This document shows positions 23,571-35,827 of a stretch of 51,172 nt of DNA, piece by piece. Within the stretch, counting starts at the first letter, position 1; each line of letters starts with the position of its first letter. The stretch is from Chromera velia (taxonomy: Eukaryota), in the NCBI GenBank assembly GCA_018398765.1, contig JAHBMJ010000281.1, forward strand, positions 1-51,172. The letters are read 5' to 3'. Position numbers and translations under genes: made by a program. The notes beneath the pieces were generated by a model that saw only the letters and a list, made by a program, of their open reading frames with translations, searched no databases and was not told where the DNA came from.

Positions 23571-24429
23571 TTAAAAACCATCCGCGCTTTCAGTCGTCAG
23601 CAGACACGGGGGCGCAAAGAGAACATCCGCCCTGCAAAGTGACATACAGGCATGCGGTAAAGAGGGGAAACACTACGTATGTAAGCAGAAAAGTGACGAT
23701 CTAACAGAAAGAAAGACAGATACGTCACAAATAGTACGCGTCGAGGCAAAGATACTGAAGTTTTGAATCTGTCGACCTCGTTTGAATCCGTAAGAATTAA
23801 TTGATGAATCCCAACACTTCTTCAGCGTAGAGGAATGTGTGCTTCCATCTCCCAATCTGTCAGCCTTTCCTTTTCATGAGTCCCCTCCAGTACATTGACT
23901 TTCTCTCTCTCTCTGCAAGCGCGCACGAAAAACAAAATCTTCTTGTATTTTCCCACCAGAGCTCCCCAATCTCTCCCCTCCCTCCAACCGGCCAACTGAC
24001 TGACCGAAGCACGTGCTTGCACCCCCAGGTGACCTCCGCCTCCTCCTGCACGGTGCACATTTCCCCTTGGGGGTAGAGGAGCGCCAGCCCCGTCTCGGCC
24101 TCCACGCACACCGGGTCGGCTCTGAAGGGCATGTGGAACACTGAAGAGCCTCCGTCAAACTCCCTGCAGGCAAGAATAATGAAAGGCATCTGAAACACTG
24201 ATCAGCCACCATCAAATTCGCTGGAGATCGGCAGGACGCAATAAGAGGTCATTCATTCAACAACCAGTTCGTTCAGTCAGAGCGCGCGTGAAAGAATTCA
24301 GAAAAGAAGCATGCAACGAAAGCCAAAGCATCCAAATCCACAGATAGACAAAGTCTTACAGGAATGAAATAGACGTGTAGTCTTGTAGAGAGAGAGATTT
24401 TGTAGAGAGAACAAGAAAGGGCCAGAGAA

Positions 24430-24518
<89 letters not shown>

Positions 24519-24587
24519 AAGAAACAGAGAGACAAAGAGACAAAGAGACAGAGAGACAGAGAAACAGAAAGACAGAGAGACAGAGAA

Positions 24588-24628
<41 letters not shown>

Positions 24629-24721
24629 GAGAGAGAGAGAGAGAGAGACAGAGAGACAGACAGACAGAGAGACAGAGAGACAAAGAGACAGAGAGATAGA
24701 GAGGCAGAGAGACAGAGAGAC

Positions 24722-24752
<31 letters not shown>

Positions 24753-25199
24753 CAGAGAGACAAAGAGACAGAGAGACAGAGAGACAGAGAGACAGAGAGA
24801 CAGAGAGACAGAGAGACAGAGAGACAGAGAGACAGAGAGACAGAGAGAGAGACAGAGAGAGAGACAGAGAGAGAGACAGAGAGAGAGACAGAGAGACAGA
24901 GAAACAGAGAGACAGAGAAACAGAGAGAGAGAGAGAGAGAAAGAGAAAGAGGCAGAGAGACAAAGAGACAGAGAGACAAAGAGACAGAGAGACAGAGAAA
25001 CCGAAAGACAGAGAGACAGAGAGACAGAGAGACAGACAGAGAGACAGACAGAGAGACAGAGAGACAGAGAGACAGACAGAGAGACAGACAGAGAGACAGA
25101 CAGACAGACAGACAGACACAGATACAGACACACAGAGATACACAGAGACAGACACACGCACGCACACGCACACGCACACACACATGCACATGCACATGC

Positions 25200-25275
<76 letters not shown>

Positions 25276-26042
25276 CGACAGACCGACAGACCTGTCAGAT
25301 CCATTCAGAAAAACGCGAAGAGAGTAAACGCTGATCCTCCCATCCAGCCGTCTCACTTCCTGGTCGATGTGTCGCCCGAACCTTCCTCCCTGCACACATC
25401 CATCCATCCATCCATCCATCCATCCACTTATCCATCCATCCATCCATCCAGGGATATATGAGTACGCAAACAAATCTGCATTTCGCATTGGTTGCTTGGT
25501 GATGTAGTCGATCGAAAGAAGAATGTCAAACGCGTCAGTTTCCTTCCTCAACTCTGCATGCATGCATGCATCCGTGGACGTCCCTGCGTGAATGAAATCA
25601 GTCTGCATGAAGTCGGTTACACATGCATGCATGCATGCAGTCAACCCATCAATATGCATTCGTGGCGGTCCGTGTGCGTTCATGCCGCACGCATCTTCTG
25701 TTTTCTCTCTTCTTTTTGGTCTGCACCGGCCTTTCTTTCTTTCTTTCTTTCTTTCAGTCATTTTTGCTGCGCCAATGCCGCGTCCCCACATTTATTCTTT
25801 TCTTGCTGCTCCAGGGCCAGCCGCACCTCATCAAAGAGAAACGGGCGTCGTTGTATGGACCCCCCGCTCTGGCTACAACTATGTATGCACCTCACTTCCC
25901 TTCCACTGATCGGATTGTCTGCGCGCATCAATCCTCATCCAAGTTTTCCCGTTGGACGTCCGTACATGCAGACTGACTGACTGACTGACTGACTGACTGA
26001 CGGACAGACGGACAGACGGACAGACGGACAGACGGACAGACT

Positions 26043-26085
<43 letters not shown>

Positions 26086-26099
26086 TGACCGACGGACAG

Positions 26100-26131
<32 letters not shown>

Positions 26132-27878
26132 ACGGACGGACGGACTGACTGACTGACTTACAGACTGACTGACTGACCTTTGTGTATTTGACGAACCGCA
26201 CGACATCGTTGACCCCAACCGGCACCATCCCCTTGATCCGAATTCCACGCATGAACCACTGGAGGCCACAGATGTGCCACAGGGCCTGCAGGACAAATAT
26301 AACAGAAAAAACAAGGGGAAAATGCAAAAGAATACAGAAAAATACAGAAAGAATGCATGAACCACTGGAGGCCACAGATGTGCCACAGGGCCTGCAGGAC
26401 AAATATAACAGAAAAAACAAGGGAAAAATACAAAAGAATACAGAAAAATACAGAAAGAATGCATGAACCACTGGAGGCCACAGATGTGCCACAGGGCCTG
26501 CAGCACAAATATAACAGAAAAAACAGGGGAAAAATACAAAAGAATACAGAAAAATACAAAAGAATGCATGAACCACTGGAGGCCACAGATGTGCCACAGG
26601 GCCTGCCGGACAAAAAACAAATTACAGACACACAGACAGACAGAGAGGTCGTGCGTTGGCTGTCTTGTGTTCCTCTTTCTTCTGCCTGTGTCTGCTGCGT
26701 GTGTATCTGTTACGGTCGGTGTTCATCTGAGTGTCTGCGTTAATGTGGTGTCAATTGAGAGGTATGCATTTCTTTTCATACAGAATTCTTTTTCATACAG
26801 AAATGAATTCATGCATTCTCTATGAAAATAAGTCCAATAATGTGGTCTCAATCGATTGAGAGATAGATATGCAGCCCGACGAGGGAACTTCAGGAAGACA
26901 GATCGATCCTCATAATGCAATGAACGGTACAGAAGGGAGGAATGAGGGTGCCTTCCTGACAAGCAGGAAAGGAGAGGAGAAAAATCTCCCCGAACGAATA
27001 AAATCGCATCCTTCATGCAGAAGATTATCAGTTCTCTCCTTCTTTCTCTGTCTCTGCCCGTCTATCTGTCCGTCTGTGTGTCTGCCGATGTCTAGACGGA
27101 CTCATGAAGGCTCTCCGAGTGCAGCTATCTGGGTCTAATCCCAGAACGACAATTTCTAGCGCGACATTTGTCAGTTCGTTTGGTGAGATTTCACATGCTC
27201 TACAAACAGACCCTGGGTACGCACCCCTCTGCTCAGACTCCCAGCCCATGCACCCACCTTTGCGAAGGACTTATCGACGATGTCTCTCCAACAGCACTTG
27301 ATGGAGCACTCGTTTTGGTGCACGTCGAATCCCGCCTCCTCCACGAACGTGATCAGACGCTGACACTCCCACTTGGAGAAAAACTTCGGAATCGCTACTG
27401 CGTCTATGTTCTGGTAGTACACGGGCTCCGGGTATTTCTGTTCTTGGAATATGACAGAGAGCGCAGACGGCTGCGTGGCTACTCTCTTCGTGCAGCACAT
27501 CGGACAGCCTTTGCACTTCTTCTTGCCGGACTTTCCCTCCGGCACGTTGATCGTTAGGGCCAACGGAATGTACCTCTGTCGGCCTGAGCTTCTCCCACGG
27601 CACGGGGGAGGCTGGTAGCAGCAAGGTGAGGGGTAGTCGGGGACACCCTGTGCCTGTGCGTGCGTCACAATCATTCCTGAGGAAGGACAAAGCGGACCTC
27701 GTCTGGAAGCTGCTGCAGAGGCAGACTTTGGCCTGCTTCTTCCTCGTCTGCAGCAGCCTGGAGCAGAGGAAGGAGGCTGCATTGTCGGCCCGTCGTGTGA
27801 GGGAACAATGTCGGCTGGAAGTTCTCTGTGGCAGTGCACGAGATTGATGGTGTCGTGAGTGTCCAGCACACGCCGCAT
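23571..27878 (-). CDS. 2-oxoglutarate/Fe(II)-dependent oxygenase (prolyl-4-hydroxylase-like), 5 exons (27258-27878, 26178-26285, 25292-25389, 24005-24163, 23571-23631)
   Basis: Spliced product ...[11 protein letters not shown]...[23 protein letters not shown]...[20 protein letters not shown]...[34 protein letters not shown]...DGF*. It has the HxD motif and the K-x-V-L-R-x-D strand. Confidence 0.88.
24420..25290. repeat. About 870 bp compound (GA)n/(GACAGAGA)n/(CA)n microsatellite filling an intron
   Basis: Direct inspection. Confidence 0.95.
25968..26177. repeat. (GACT/GACG/GACA)n tetranucleotide array starting exactly at a donor site
   Basis: The minus strand reads AAG|gtcagtcagtcag... for about 200 nt. 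Confidence 0.9.
26249..26606. repeat. About 106 bp tandem unit: four copies of acceptor and exon start
   Basis: gcatgaaccactggaggccacagatgtgccacagggcctgc at 26249, 26355, 26461 and 26566. Spacers are rich in atacagaaa. Confidence 0.92.
26741..26873. mobile_element. Intronic palindromic element between diverged direct repeats
   Basis: tgcatttcttttcatacagaattctttttcatacagaaatgaattcatgcattctctatgaaaataa, with taatgtggt(g/c)tcaat...tgagag...tatgca on both sides. Confidence 0.65.
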
Positions 27879-28294
27879 TGAAGCCTTCCTAGCTCTAGCT
27901 CTCCTCCTGCTGTGTATATATAAGTTCGATCTGATTCTGCTTCTTCTTTCACGTGAATGAATGGTGCTGTCATGCAGAGCTTTTTCTTCCTTTCGGTCCA
28001 GGTTCTTCTCGTCAATTGACGGGACAAAATAGACTCGGCATTCTCAATCCTAGCTCCCCAGCTTCATGATCGACGCGCTACATGCAGACTCTTCATTCTG
28101 GATCTTTGTATATATAGACATGCATATCTGTATATATATGTGTACGTGTATATCGCGATATAATTGATTAATTAAAATGATATGCATTTGCATGCATATA
28201 CAAAAAATAGGTTTAGAGCATGCATACCGATACAAACATCCACGCGGACCCCGGCTTTTGTACAAATTCCTGCTACGTAGTGTCGATCATTATA

Positions 28295-28443
28295 GGCCGG
28301 CCGGGGTCAATGCATGAGGCCGGGCCCCGAGCCATTCCGAGAGCCCCCGGCGCCGCCCTCGCGCGCGGGCCATGCATGCATGCGACAGAACGCGCGCGCC
28401 GGGGCGGGCCGCGGTTGCCACGATCCGATTCGGCCGGCCGGCA
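28295..28443. promoter_or_regulatory. GC island with TGCATGCA in the divergent intergenic region between the oxygenase and NRAMP
   Basis: About 150 bp of very GC-rich sequence containing catgcatgcatgc. Confidence 0.5.
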
Positions 28444-28685
28444 GCTTGGGCAACAGATGATAGGACGACCGTGAACTAGCTGCAAGGGCTTCTCTTCCAT
28501 TCCCATGCGACCTTCCGGCTCCCTGAGTCCCTGTTTTCGTCTGCAGCGTGTGCCCATCTTCTGTGAGGCATCCGAGAAGGAGATTGGTGAGAGCAGCTCT
28601 CTCTCTCTGGTTTTGATTTGTCCCAGTCGTGTATCCCCGTCTCTCTTTTGGTTTCCCCCCTGTGTGTCTCTCTACCTGTCTCCCG

Positions 28686-29843
28686 ATGGAATTCAAAGAA
28701 GAAAAGTCGAACGTGAACGAGGCACTGCAGCCCGGCGAGTCCCCTCGGGAGCTAGCTGCAGTTGCAGGGCCCTCCCAGGCCACTGCAGCCCCCCCGTCTC
28801 CTCCTGTCTCTGGCTTTGTCTCTTCGGTTGATGAGATCCAGGAGGGGGAGGTGGACGTCGATGTCGGAGAGGATCCTCTGGGGTCATCCAACAGAGTGAC
28901 GGGCTTCAGTTGGCGAAAGTTCATGTCCTTCTTGGGACCAGGTGCGTCTCTTCCTTAATTGCATGTTTGCATATGAAGTCATGGCTGTACGTTCTGTCTG
29001 CAGGTCAGTCAGTCAGCTGAAATGTGCACACAGAGAAACAGGGAAGAGAGGCTTCGCGTGCAGTCCTGTCGTGGTCCCTGTACTGAATCCTTTCCTAGAG
29101 ACAGAGACAGGGGAAAAATGAGGGGGGAGGCGGGTAAAGAAAAGTGCACCATCGTTCATTCACATACTCGTTGTGTTGGTATAAAGACGCCTAGTCCTTG
29201 TCAACGTCAACCCCAATGACATCTTGATGGATATTTTTGTCTGTGTGTGAGTTTACAGGTTGGTTAGTTGCAATGGCTTACCTTGACCCTGGTAACCTCG
29301 AGGGAGACCTTCAAGTTGGTGCCCTTCGGTCGGGGTCGGCCAAGGGCACGGATTACTCCGGTTTCCGTCTCCTGTGGCTCCTCTTCTGGGCGACTGTGGG
29401 CGGGCTGCTGATTCAAATTCTCTCCGCCAGACTCGGCACCGCGACAGGAAGAGACCTGGCAACTTTGTGTCGACTTGAGTACAGTCGGCCTGTCTCGTTT
29501 ATCTTGTGGGTAATGACCGAGCTTGCTATCATTGGGGCAGATTTGCAGGCCGTGATTGGATCCGCAATTGCGTTGAAACTTTTGACGGCCGGGGTGTTTC
29601 CTCTTTGGGCAGGCATGCTTGTAACGTTGGTGGATACGTTCACGTTTCTTTTCATCCGCGCTTTGGGTATTCAACGGTTGGAGTTTTTTTTTGCTTTTTT
29701 GATTTTGATCATGGCTGTGTGCTTCTGGATCAATTTCATCATCTCCAAGCCCGACGCCGGGCAGCTGCTGTACGGCCTGGCGGTGCCCGGAATTCCCGAT
29801 GCTGATGGGGCTGCAGGCTATGCTATCGGATTGGTGGGTCTTC

Positions 29844-29887
<44 letters not shown>

Positions 29888-31302
29888 TGCTTTCTCTGTG
29901 TCTTTCTCTCTCCCTGTGTCTGTGTGTGCGTGTGTGTGTGCGTGCGTGTGTCTGTGCGTGCGTGTGTGTGTGTATGTGTGTGTGTGAGAGAGAGAGGGGC
30001 CTATCAAATCACAGTCGATCATTCCTGACTTCCTTCATGTCAACCGACCATGTATCTTCCCCCCCCCCCCCCCCCCCNNNNNCCCTCCCCCACATGCATG
30101 CATGCATGCAGGTAGGATCGGTGATTATGCCCCACAACATTTTCCTCCACACGGCCCTGGTCCACTCCCGAAAAATCCAGTCCCACCGAAGAGACAAAGT
30201 CCAGGAGGCCAACAAATACTTCGCAGCAGAGGCAGCCGTCACCGTTGGAGCATCCTTCCTGATCAACCTTGCAGTCGTGAGCGCATTCGCCAACCCGAAG
30301 ATTCAAGATCAGGTGTGTGTGTCGGCCGGATGGATGGATAGTGAGACAGACAACTAATTAATTGTCGGAGGCTTTTATGTAAGTCTTGAATTTGGTTCTT
30401 TGTTCTTGCCCTTGCGTCTACCTGTTTTGGACGAGAGAATTGCGTTCTTCCTCTCTCCGTTGTCAACAGTTGGAGTGTGTACATAAAAAGCTCACAGAGA
30501 CTTCCTCATTAATGGACCCACTTTCAACAGTGCTACCCGTTCCTTACGCGGTCCTGCTTCTTTCAGTAAGAAACTCTGCAGGGCTACTGGGGATTTAAGA
30601 TGAGAAGATTTTCCTCTCCTCTCTTCTTTACACCATTTCTCTATGTTGCTTTGATTTCATCAATCAATCAATCAATCAATCAATTGCCCCCTTCCAGGAC
30701 CTAGACATGTCGAACGCCCACAAGGCTCTCGAAGGTGCCTTTGGAAAGGTCAGCCAGTGGGTGAGTGCCTGCCTGAATGAATCTGTCTCGTCTCCCTGCA
30801 TGTCGATCGACGCCTTCGTTGATTGCATTTATGAGGACAATCTCGGGGCCTCTGAGTCGAATTAACGGTGCGGTTTTCTTTTGGGTGGGTGCCTCTTTGA
30901 ACTTGTTCCCGCCCTCCACATACACTCACTCACTTCTGATACCAATATTTCTGTCTCCCATACTGATGTGACGTTTCTGTCCTGCCTCTCCTCGCCTTGT
31001 CTGCAGGCCTCTGTGATCATCTGGGCGGTCGGGCTCTTGGCGGCTGGACAGTCAGCCACCATGACTGGAACCTTCGCGGGCCAATTTGTCATGCAGGTCC
31101 GTGGGTGGGTGGGTTTGTGAGTCAGAGGTGTTCGTGAATGAATTGGGGGGAGAGGGGAGGGGAGGGGAAGGGGGGACAGATGAGAGTGCATGTCTTCTTT
31201 TCTGCTGCTGTCGGCCTGACGATCCCTCTCTCTCTCTCTTCCCCTCTCTCTTTCTCTCACTTTCTCTCTCTTTTTCTGTCTCTCTTTCTCTCTTTCTCTT
31301 TT

Positions 31303-31356
<54 letters not shown>

Positions 31357-31359
31357 CTT

Positions 31360-31427
<68 letters not shown>

Positions 31428-32362
31428 AACACAAACACGAAAAGTGCCATCCTTTTGTCTTTCTTCCTTTCTCCTTGTATGTCTGTCTGCAGGGCTTCTT
31501 GAATCTGAACCTTGCACAGTGGCAGCGCGTTCTGATTACCCGAGGCCTGACTGTGGTGCCTCTGATCTTCGTCGCCCTCCTGTGCGAAGAGAACACCGTG
31601 GAGAGTATATCGGCATTTGTGAACGTGCTTCAGGTAGGTAAGTGTTTTGGAATGAAGGAGGGAAGGAAGACTGGCGTCCTTTCTCTCTTACTGTCAGGCC
31701 TAGGCAGGCGCCTAAGGGCTCTGTGGAGTTAGTTGTGTTTGGTCTTTTAGACAAGCGGTTGGACCCATCAAGCAATCGGATCAATCGAGGATTGAGCAGT
31801 ATTCGAATTCGAATGAATGAGTGCTTGTCTGTTTGTGTGAGGGTCTGTTCATGTACGGATTTATGTGCTTGTGTTTTTGACTCTGTGTGTGCAGGCAATC
31901 CAACTTCCCTTCGCGCTCCTGCCTTTGTTGAAGTTTTCTTCGTCCCAGAACGCCATCGGTGCCTTCGCCCTCTCTTGGGGCACCACTCTTGCAGCCCTCG
32001 CTTTTGGCCTTGCCGTGGTCGGGGGTAACTTTGCGGGTCTTCTTCAGGACTTCGGCTGGCTTCTCGAGGGCTGGTGGCTTCTCCTGACTGTCCCCTTGGC
32101 GGTTGGGTATGTGACGATGCTGGTGTTGATCGTGATCACTCCCATCAACAAAAACTTCTGCATCTACAGAATTGCAGAGGAGGCTGCCTCCCTCCCCCTG
32201 CAGAACCCTGCAGACAGGGAGGAGGAGGACGAAGGACGCACAACCAGCCAGGGTTCTTTCAGTGGGCCCACTACCGGAAGGCCCACTGCTGCTGCCGAAG
32301 CCGGGGCCCTCCTTCCAGAGGACGGCACGGCGGGAGAGGGGAGACCGCAGGAGACAAAGTGA
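28686..32362 (+). CDS. NRAMP: NRAMP/SLC11 divalent metal transporter, 7 exons (28686-28941, 29259-29833, 30112-30312, 30698-30748, 31007-31096, 31493-31633, 31895-32362)
   Basis: [87 protein letters not shown] and [15 protein letters not shown]. All junctions are GT-AG and in frame. Confidence 0.95.
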
Positions 32363-34689
32363 AAAGAAGAAATCAAGAGGGGGGGGGCAGAAGAAAATTT
32401 CATTTGAGGGACATGAGCAGTAGAAGGGGGGTGTAGGGATACCGAGAGGCAGTTGGAGAGTTTGACAGGGAGCCGAGGAGGAGAGGAGGGGAAATGCGGA
32501 GAAAGAAATATCAGACAGGGGAGGGGAGGGGAGGGGATGTTCCATAGGGAGATCGACAGGGGCGGCTCTTGAGACAGAGAGAGACAGAGGGAGAGCGAGA
32601 AGAATGAATGGAGAGAGGGAAAAGTTTTGTGACAAAGTCAGTCAGTAAGTGAGTGAGTGATGTTGAAGGACTCTTCGCGCTGTTCGCTCCCTTCCTCCCT
32701 CCCTCTGACTGTCGAGAGGGAAAGTGATTGATCGATTGAAGAAAGAAGAATTTGTACACAGATACTACGAGAGAGGAAGCGTTCTTCGGGGCGGAGGCCA
32801 AGGACGTGTTACCTGAAGGAAGAAGTGTGATGGATGCTGAGCTCGAGAGAGAGGAAGAAAGAAAGAGAGATCGCGAGGGAGGCCAGAGAAGAGAAGAGAA
32901 GGAAGAGGAAAAAAAGAGACGCTCGCTGGTTGAATACTAGATCAGTCCACTGCCTGAGCGATTGGCTGACTGTGCGAATACAAACAAACAAACAAAAAAA
33001 CAAAAAAACAAAAATCGGGCGGAAGCGGTTTTGCTGAGGAAGAAAGGAAGAAAACCATGCCGAGTCCTGTTTGCTTGACGGAAAGAAAGAGGAGGAGGGG
33101 AAGGATTAATTGTGGTGCATATAGAGGGAGAGAAACAGAGAAATAGTACTACGCCTGTTGGTGGGGTCTGTTTTTTTACAAAGACGCGAAAAGAATGGAT
33201 GGAATAAAGCGCTGTTTGATGGACGAAGCTTGAAGCACAAAGGAAGGAAGGAAGGTAAGCATGATTTGCTGTTGTTGAGAGAGACAGACGATCTAGCTGC
33301 CGAAAAGGAAAGTGGAAAGGCAGAAAGAGAGAGAGAGAGTTGGGAAAGTTTGTTTGAAAGAAACGCGCGGAAGGAACGAAGAGGGCAAAAACGGGTGGGA
33401 GGAGACAACTCTCCAGTCAGGCTCATGAGAAGACGACGGGGGAGGGGGGTACAAAAGCGGAGAGAGGGAGAAGGGAGAGATTGAGGAACGGTGTATTCGA
33501 TGGATGTGTCACTCATTCGATCCGTTCAATGATGATGCCAAATGAGTGCGTCTTCGTTCTTTCGTTTTTGCTTTCGTGCAAGGTCTGTAGAGGCTCGGAA
33601 GAAACGAACGAAGGAAGAAAGGGAGGAAGGGGCTGGCTGCATGCCTTGGGGGTCGTCCTATCTGTCTCCAAGTGATTGGAAGGAAACTCGAGTGACTGAA
33701 TGAAGACACGAATTTGTTTCCAAAATGAATTCCCAAAATGAACGCCTGAGTGGATGGGTGGATTGATGTAGGGGGGGGGCCTCGGGCCTCCACCGTCTTT
33801 CTTCGACAAGGAAGGTTCTGTTCCTTCGTTTCGCTGGCGCACGCAGGAAACACAAAAGTCGCTCATGCAGTCAGACAAATTAATATGCGTCTAGCTGCAC
33901 GAAGGAATCGTTTTGTTTGCGCTGCCTTCTCTGGTTGCTCATATGTGGTTGTCTGTCTTCTTCGATATGACGTTGCGTGTGTGTCCTTTAATTCTGTCCG
34001 ACTTGGTGCACACTTCGTCATTTGTTTGTTTAAATATTCATCTGACGCACGCAAAAAGTTTCGATGCGTCCTGGCGTGCGTCAAGGCATTTGTTTGTTTA
34101 AATATTTATCCACATTTCCTCTGTGAAACACAGGCCTGCTGCGTTCCATTTGTTTATTTGTTTCAACAGCCTAGCATGCATTGACGTTCGTTCATGTTGT
34201 GCGTTCGTTTGATTGGGTCACTCGTTGCAAGGTTTCCTTCCTTCTAACCGTCGCTCCTTTACACTCACACCACCGCCGCTAATCTTTGCCCAAGGGGGTA
34301 AGCCAAGCAAGCCGACCGTGTGCATGCATTCAATCGAAGAAATTTAGTTGTCTCTCCCTCCACCCCCCGTCCATTCCGTTCCTGGCCGGTGTCCGGCTGA
34401 TGAGGCCAGTCGAGACTCAGAGAGTGACGTGCCCGATCGACATGCAGCCTGCATGGATGATATTTATTTAGACTTCGGATGTGCTCGCGTGACCATGTGT
34501 GGTTGCCAATTGATGTGTTGCTTTATGCTACCATTGTGTGGCAGGGCAGTCAAACAAAGTTTGGAAAAACTCTGGCAGCCGGTTCAAGCCATGGGCATGT
34601 ATCGAATCCTAGATCGAATCACTGTCGACGCATGTGAAACGCTGAATATTTTGAGTAACGCTCATACATTTTTTTGCTTAAACTCACCG

Positions 34690-35300
34690 TAACCGGGCGA
34701 ATCTCGCTGCGTTACTGCCTATGTATGTTAGGGTCGACTGGCTATTAGTCAGGCCAGTAGGCTAGCCGGTAGGTAAAACGTGCCAACACATCCCTCAAAC
34801 CTAGACTATATGTTCCTAGATATGTTCTTAATTTGAAAAGAACTGTAAGTGAAGGAGCTAGTTGCCAAGTCAGAGTTTTACTATTTGATAATCTGTGAGA
34901 ATGGCAGGGCATGCAGGGTAGGTCTGGAGGATCACAGTGGAAGGGTATGCGTACAACCCCGAAAAGGAAAAACCCCGTGAAAACACAGAAAAAGAAAACG
35001 ACTTGCAGATCAAATAGAGAAATTTGATCGAAACGATTAGATCATCAAAAAACATATATAGAAAACAGCTTTAAAGGCAAGATTATTCATGAACTGTATT
35101 TAGTACTATTTTCTTACATAAAAATGAACCTTCTGATCTTTGCTATCACATGCTAGGTTTGGAGTCAGCTAGCACACCAGACTTATTTATTCTCATTGAA
35201 AGGCACTAAATGAAAGAAGAAAAACCAGGGACTCAGCTTAAATTGTGAGAAGAGTATAAAGTAATAAAGCTAAAGACTGGGAGGCGATGCCTAGACTTCG
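34690..35300. other. AT/TpA/CTAG-rich intergenic block downstream of NRAMP
   Basis: Multiple ctag, AT-rich, no convincing ORF. Confidence 0.55.
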
Positions 35301-35827
35301 TTTGTCCGCGTAGTAGGATCGTAGTAGGTATACAGTACCAAACATCTCGGCGCGCAATGCGCGCCCACTCTTTTGTATCCGACACCAGAAGCCGTCTACA
35401 CGTCGAAACTTTAGCAAACTTCCGCTCGTAGCCTCCGTACTAAGGTCTGTGCATCCATTCAATTATCGGTTCAATGGTGGATGCGGCCACTGCATGGCTT
35501 TCAGTTACTGCATGATCGAGAGCAGGCTGGTGCAATTATATATTGCTCGTGTTCAATCAGTGTCGGATTGCTGATACAACCTCGCGCAGACCCTTCAAAG
35601 CGAAAATTCACGGCGAGAGACGGTACCATTGAAGAGAGACGGCATCTCCCGTGCTTCTCGAGACTTTCTGACAGGGCTCTTAATTCCCCTTGTGCCTTTC
35701 TTTCACTGGTGCCTCATAACTCGCCGACTTTTAGTGCTTGGAGAAAAAAACCGCTGATCTTTCTGTACGCCTCCTAGAGGCAATTTCAATTGGTTGGGTT
35801 TTGATCCGCATTCTAAAGAAAGAAGCC

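Noticed and set aside
24273..25791. Long ORFs (343, 497 and 293 aa) and similar ORFs at 15231-15883, 37045-37611 and 38008-38631
   Set aside because: They are translations of microsatellites lacking stop codons and lie within introns.
26249..26606. CRISPR-like repeat-spacer pattern (also 14299-14516, 18125-18516, 21836-22250, 42358-42547)
   Set aside because: Spacers are near-identical to each other, several repeats are copies of exon ends, there are no cas genes, and the context is eukaryotic.
32400..34690. Short ORFs downstream of NRAMP
   Set aside because: Low-complexity purine-rich sequence, likely 3' UTR or intergenic, with no recognisable coding signal.
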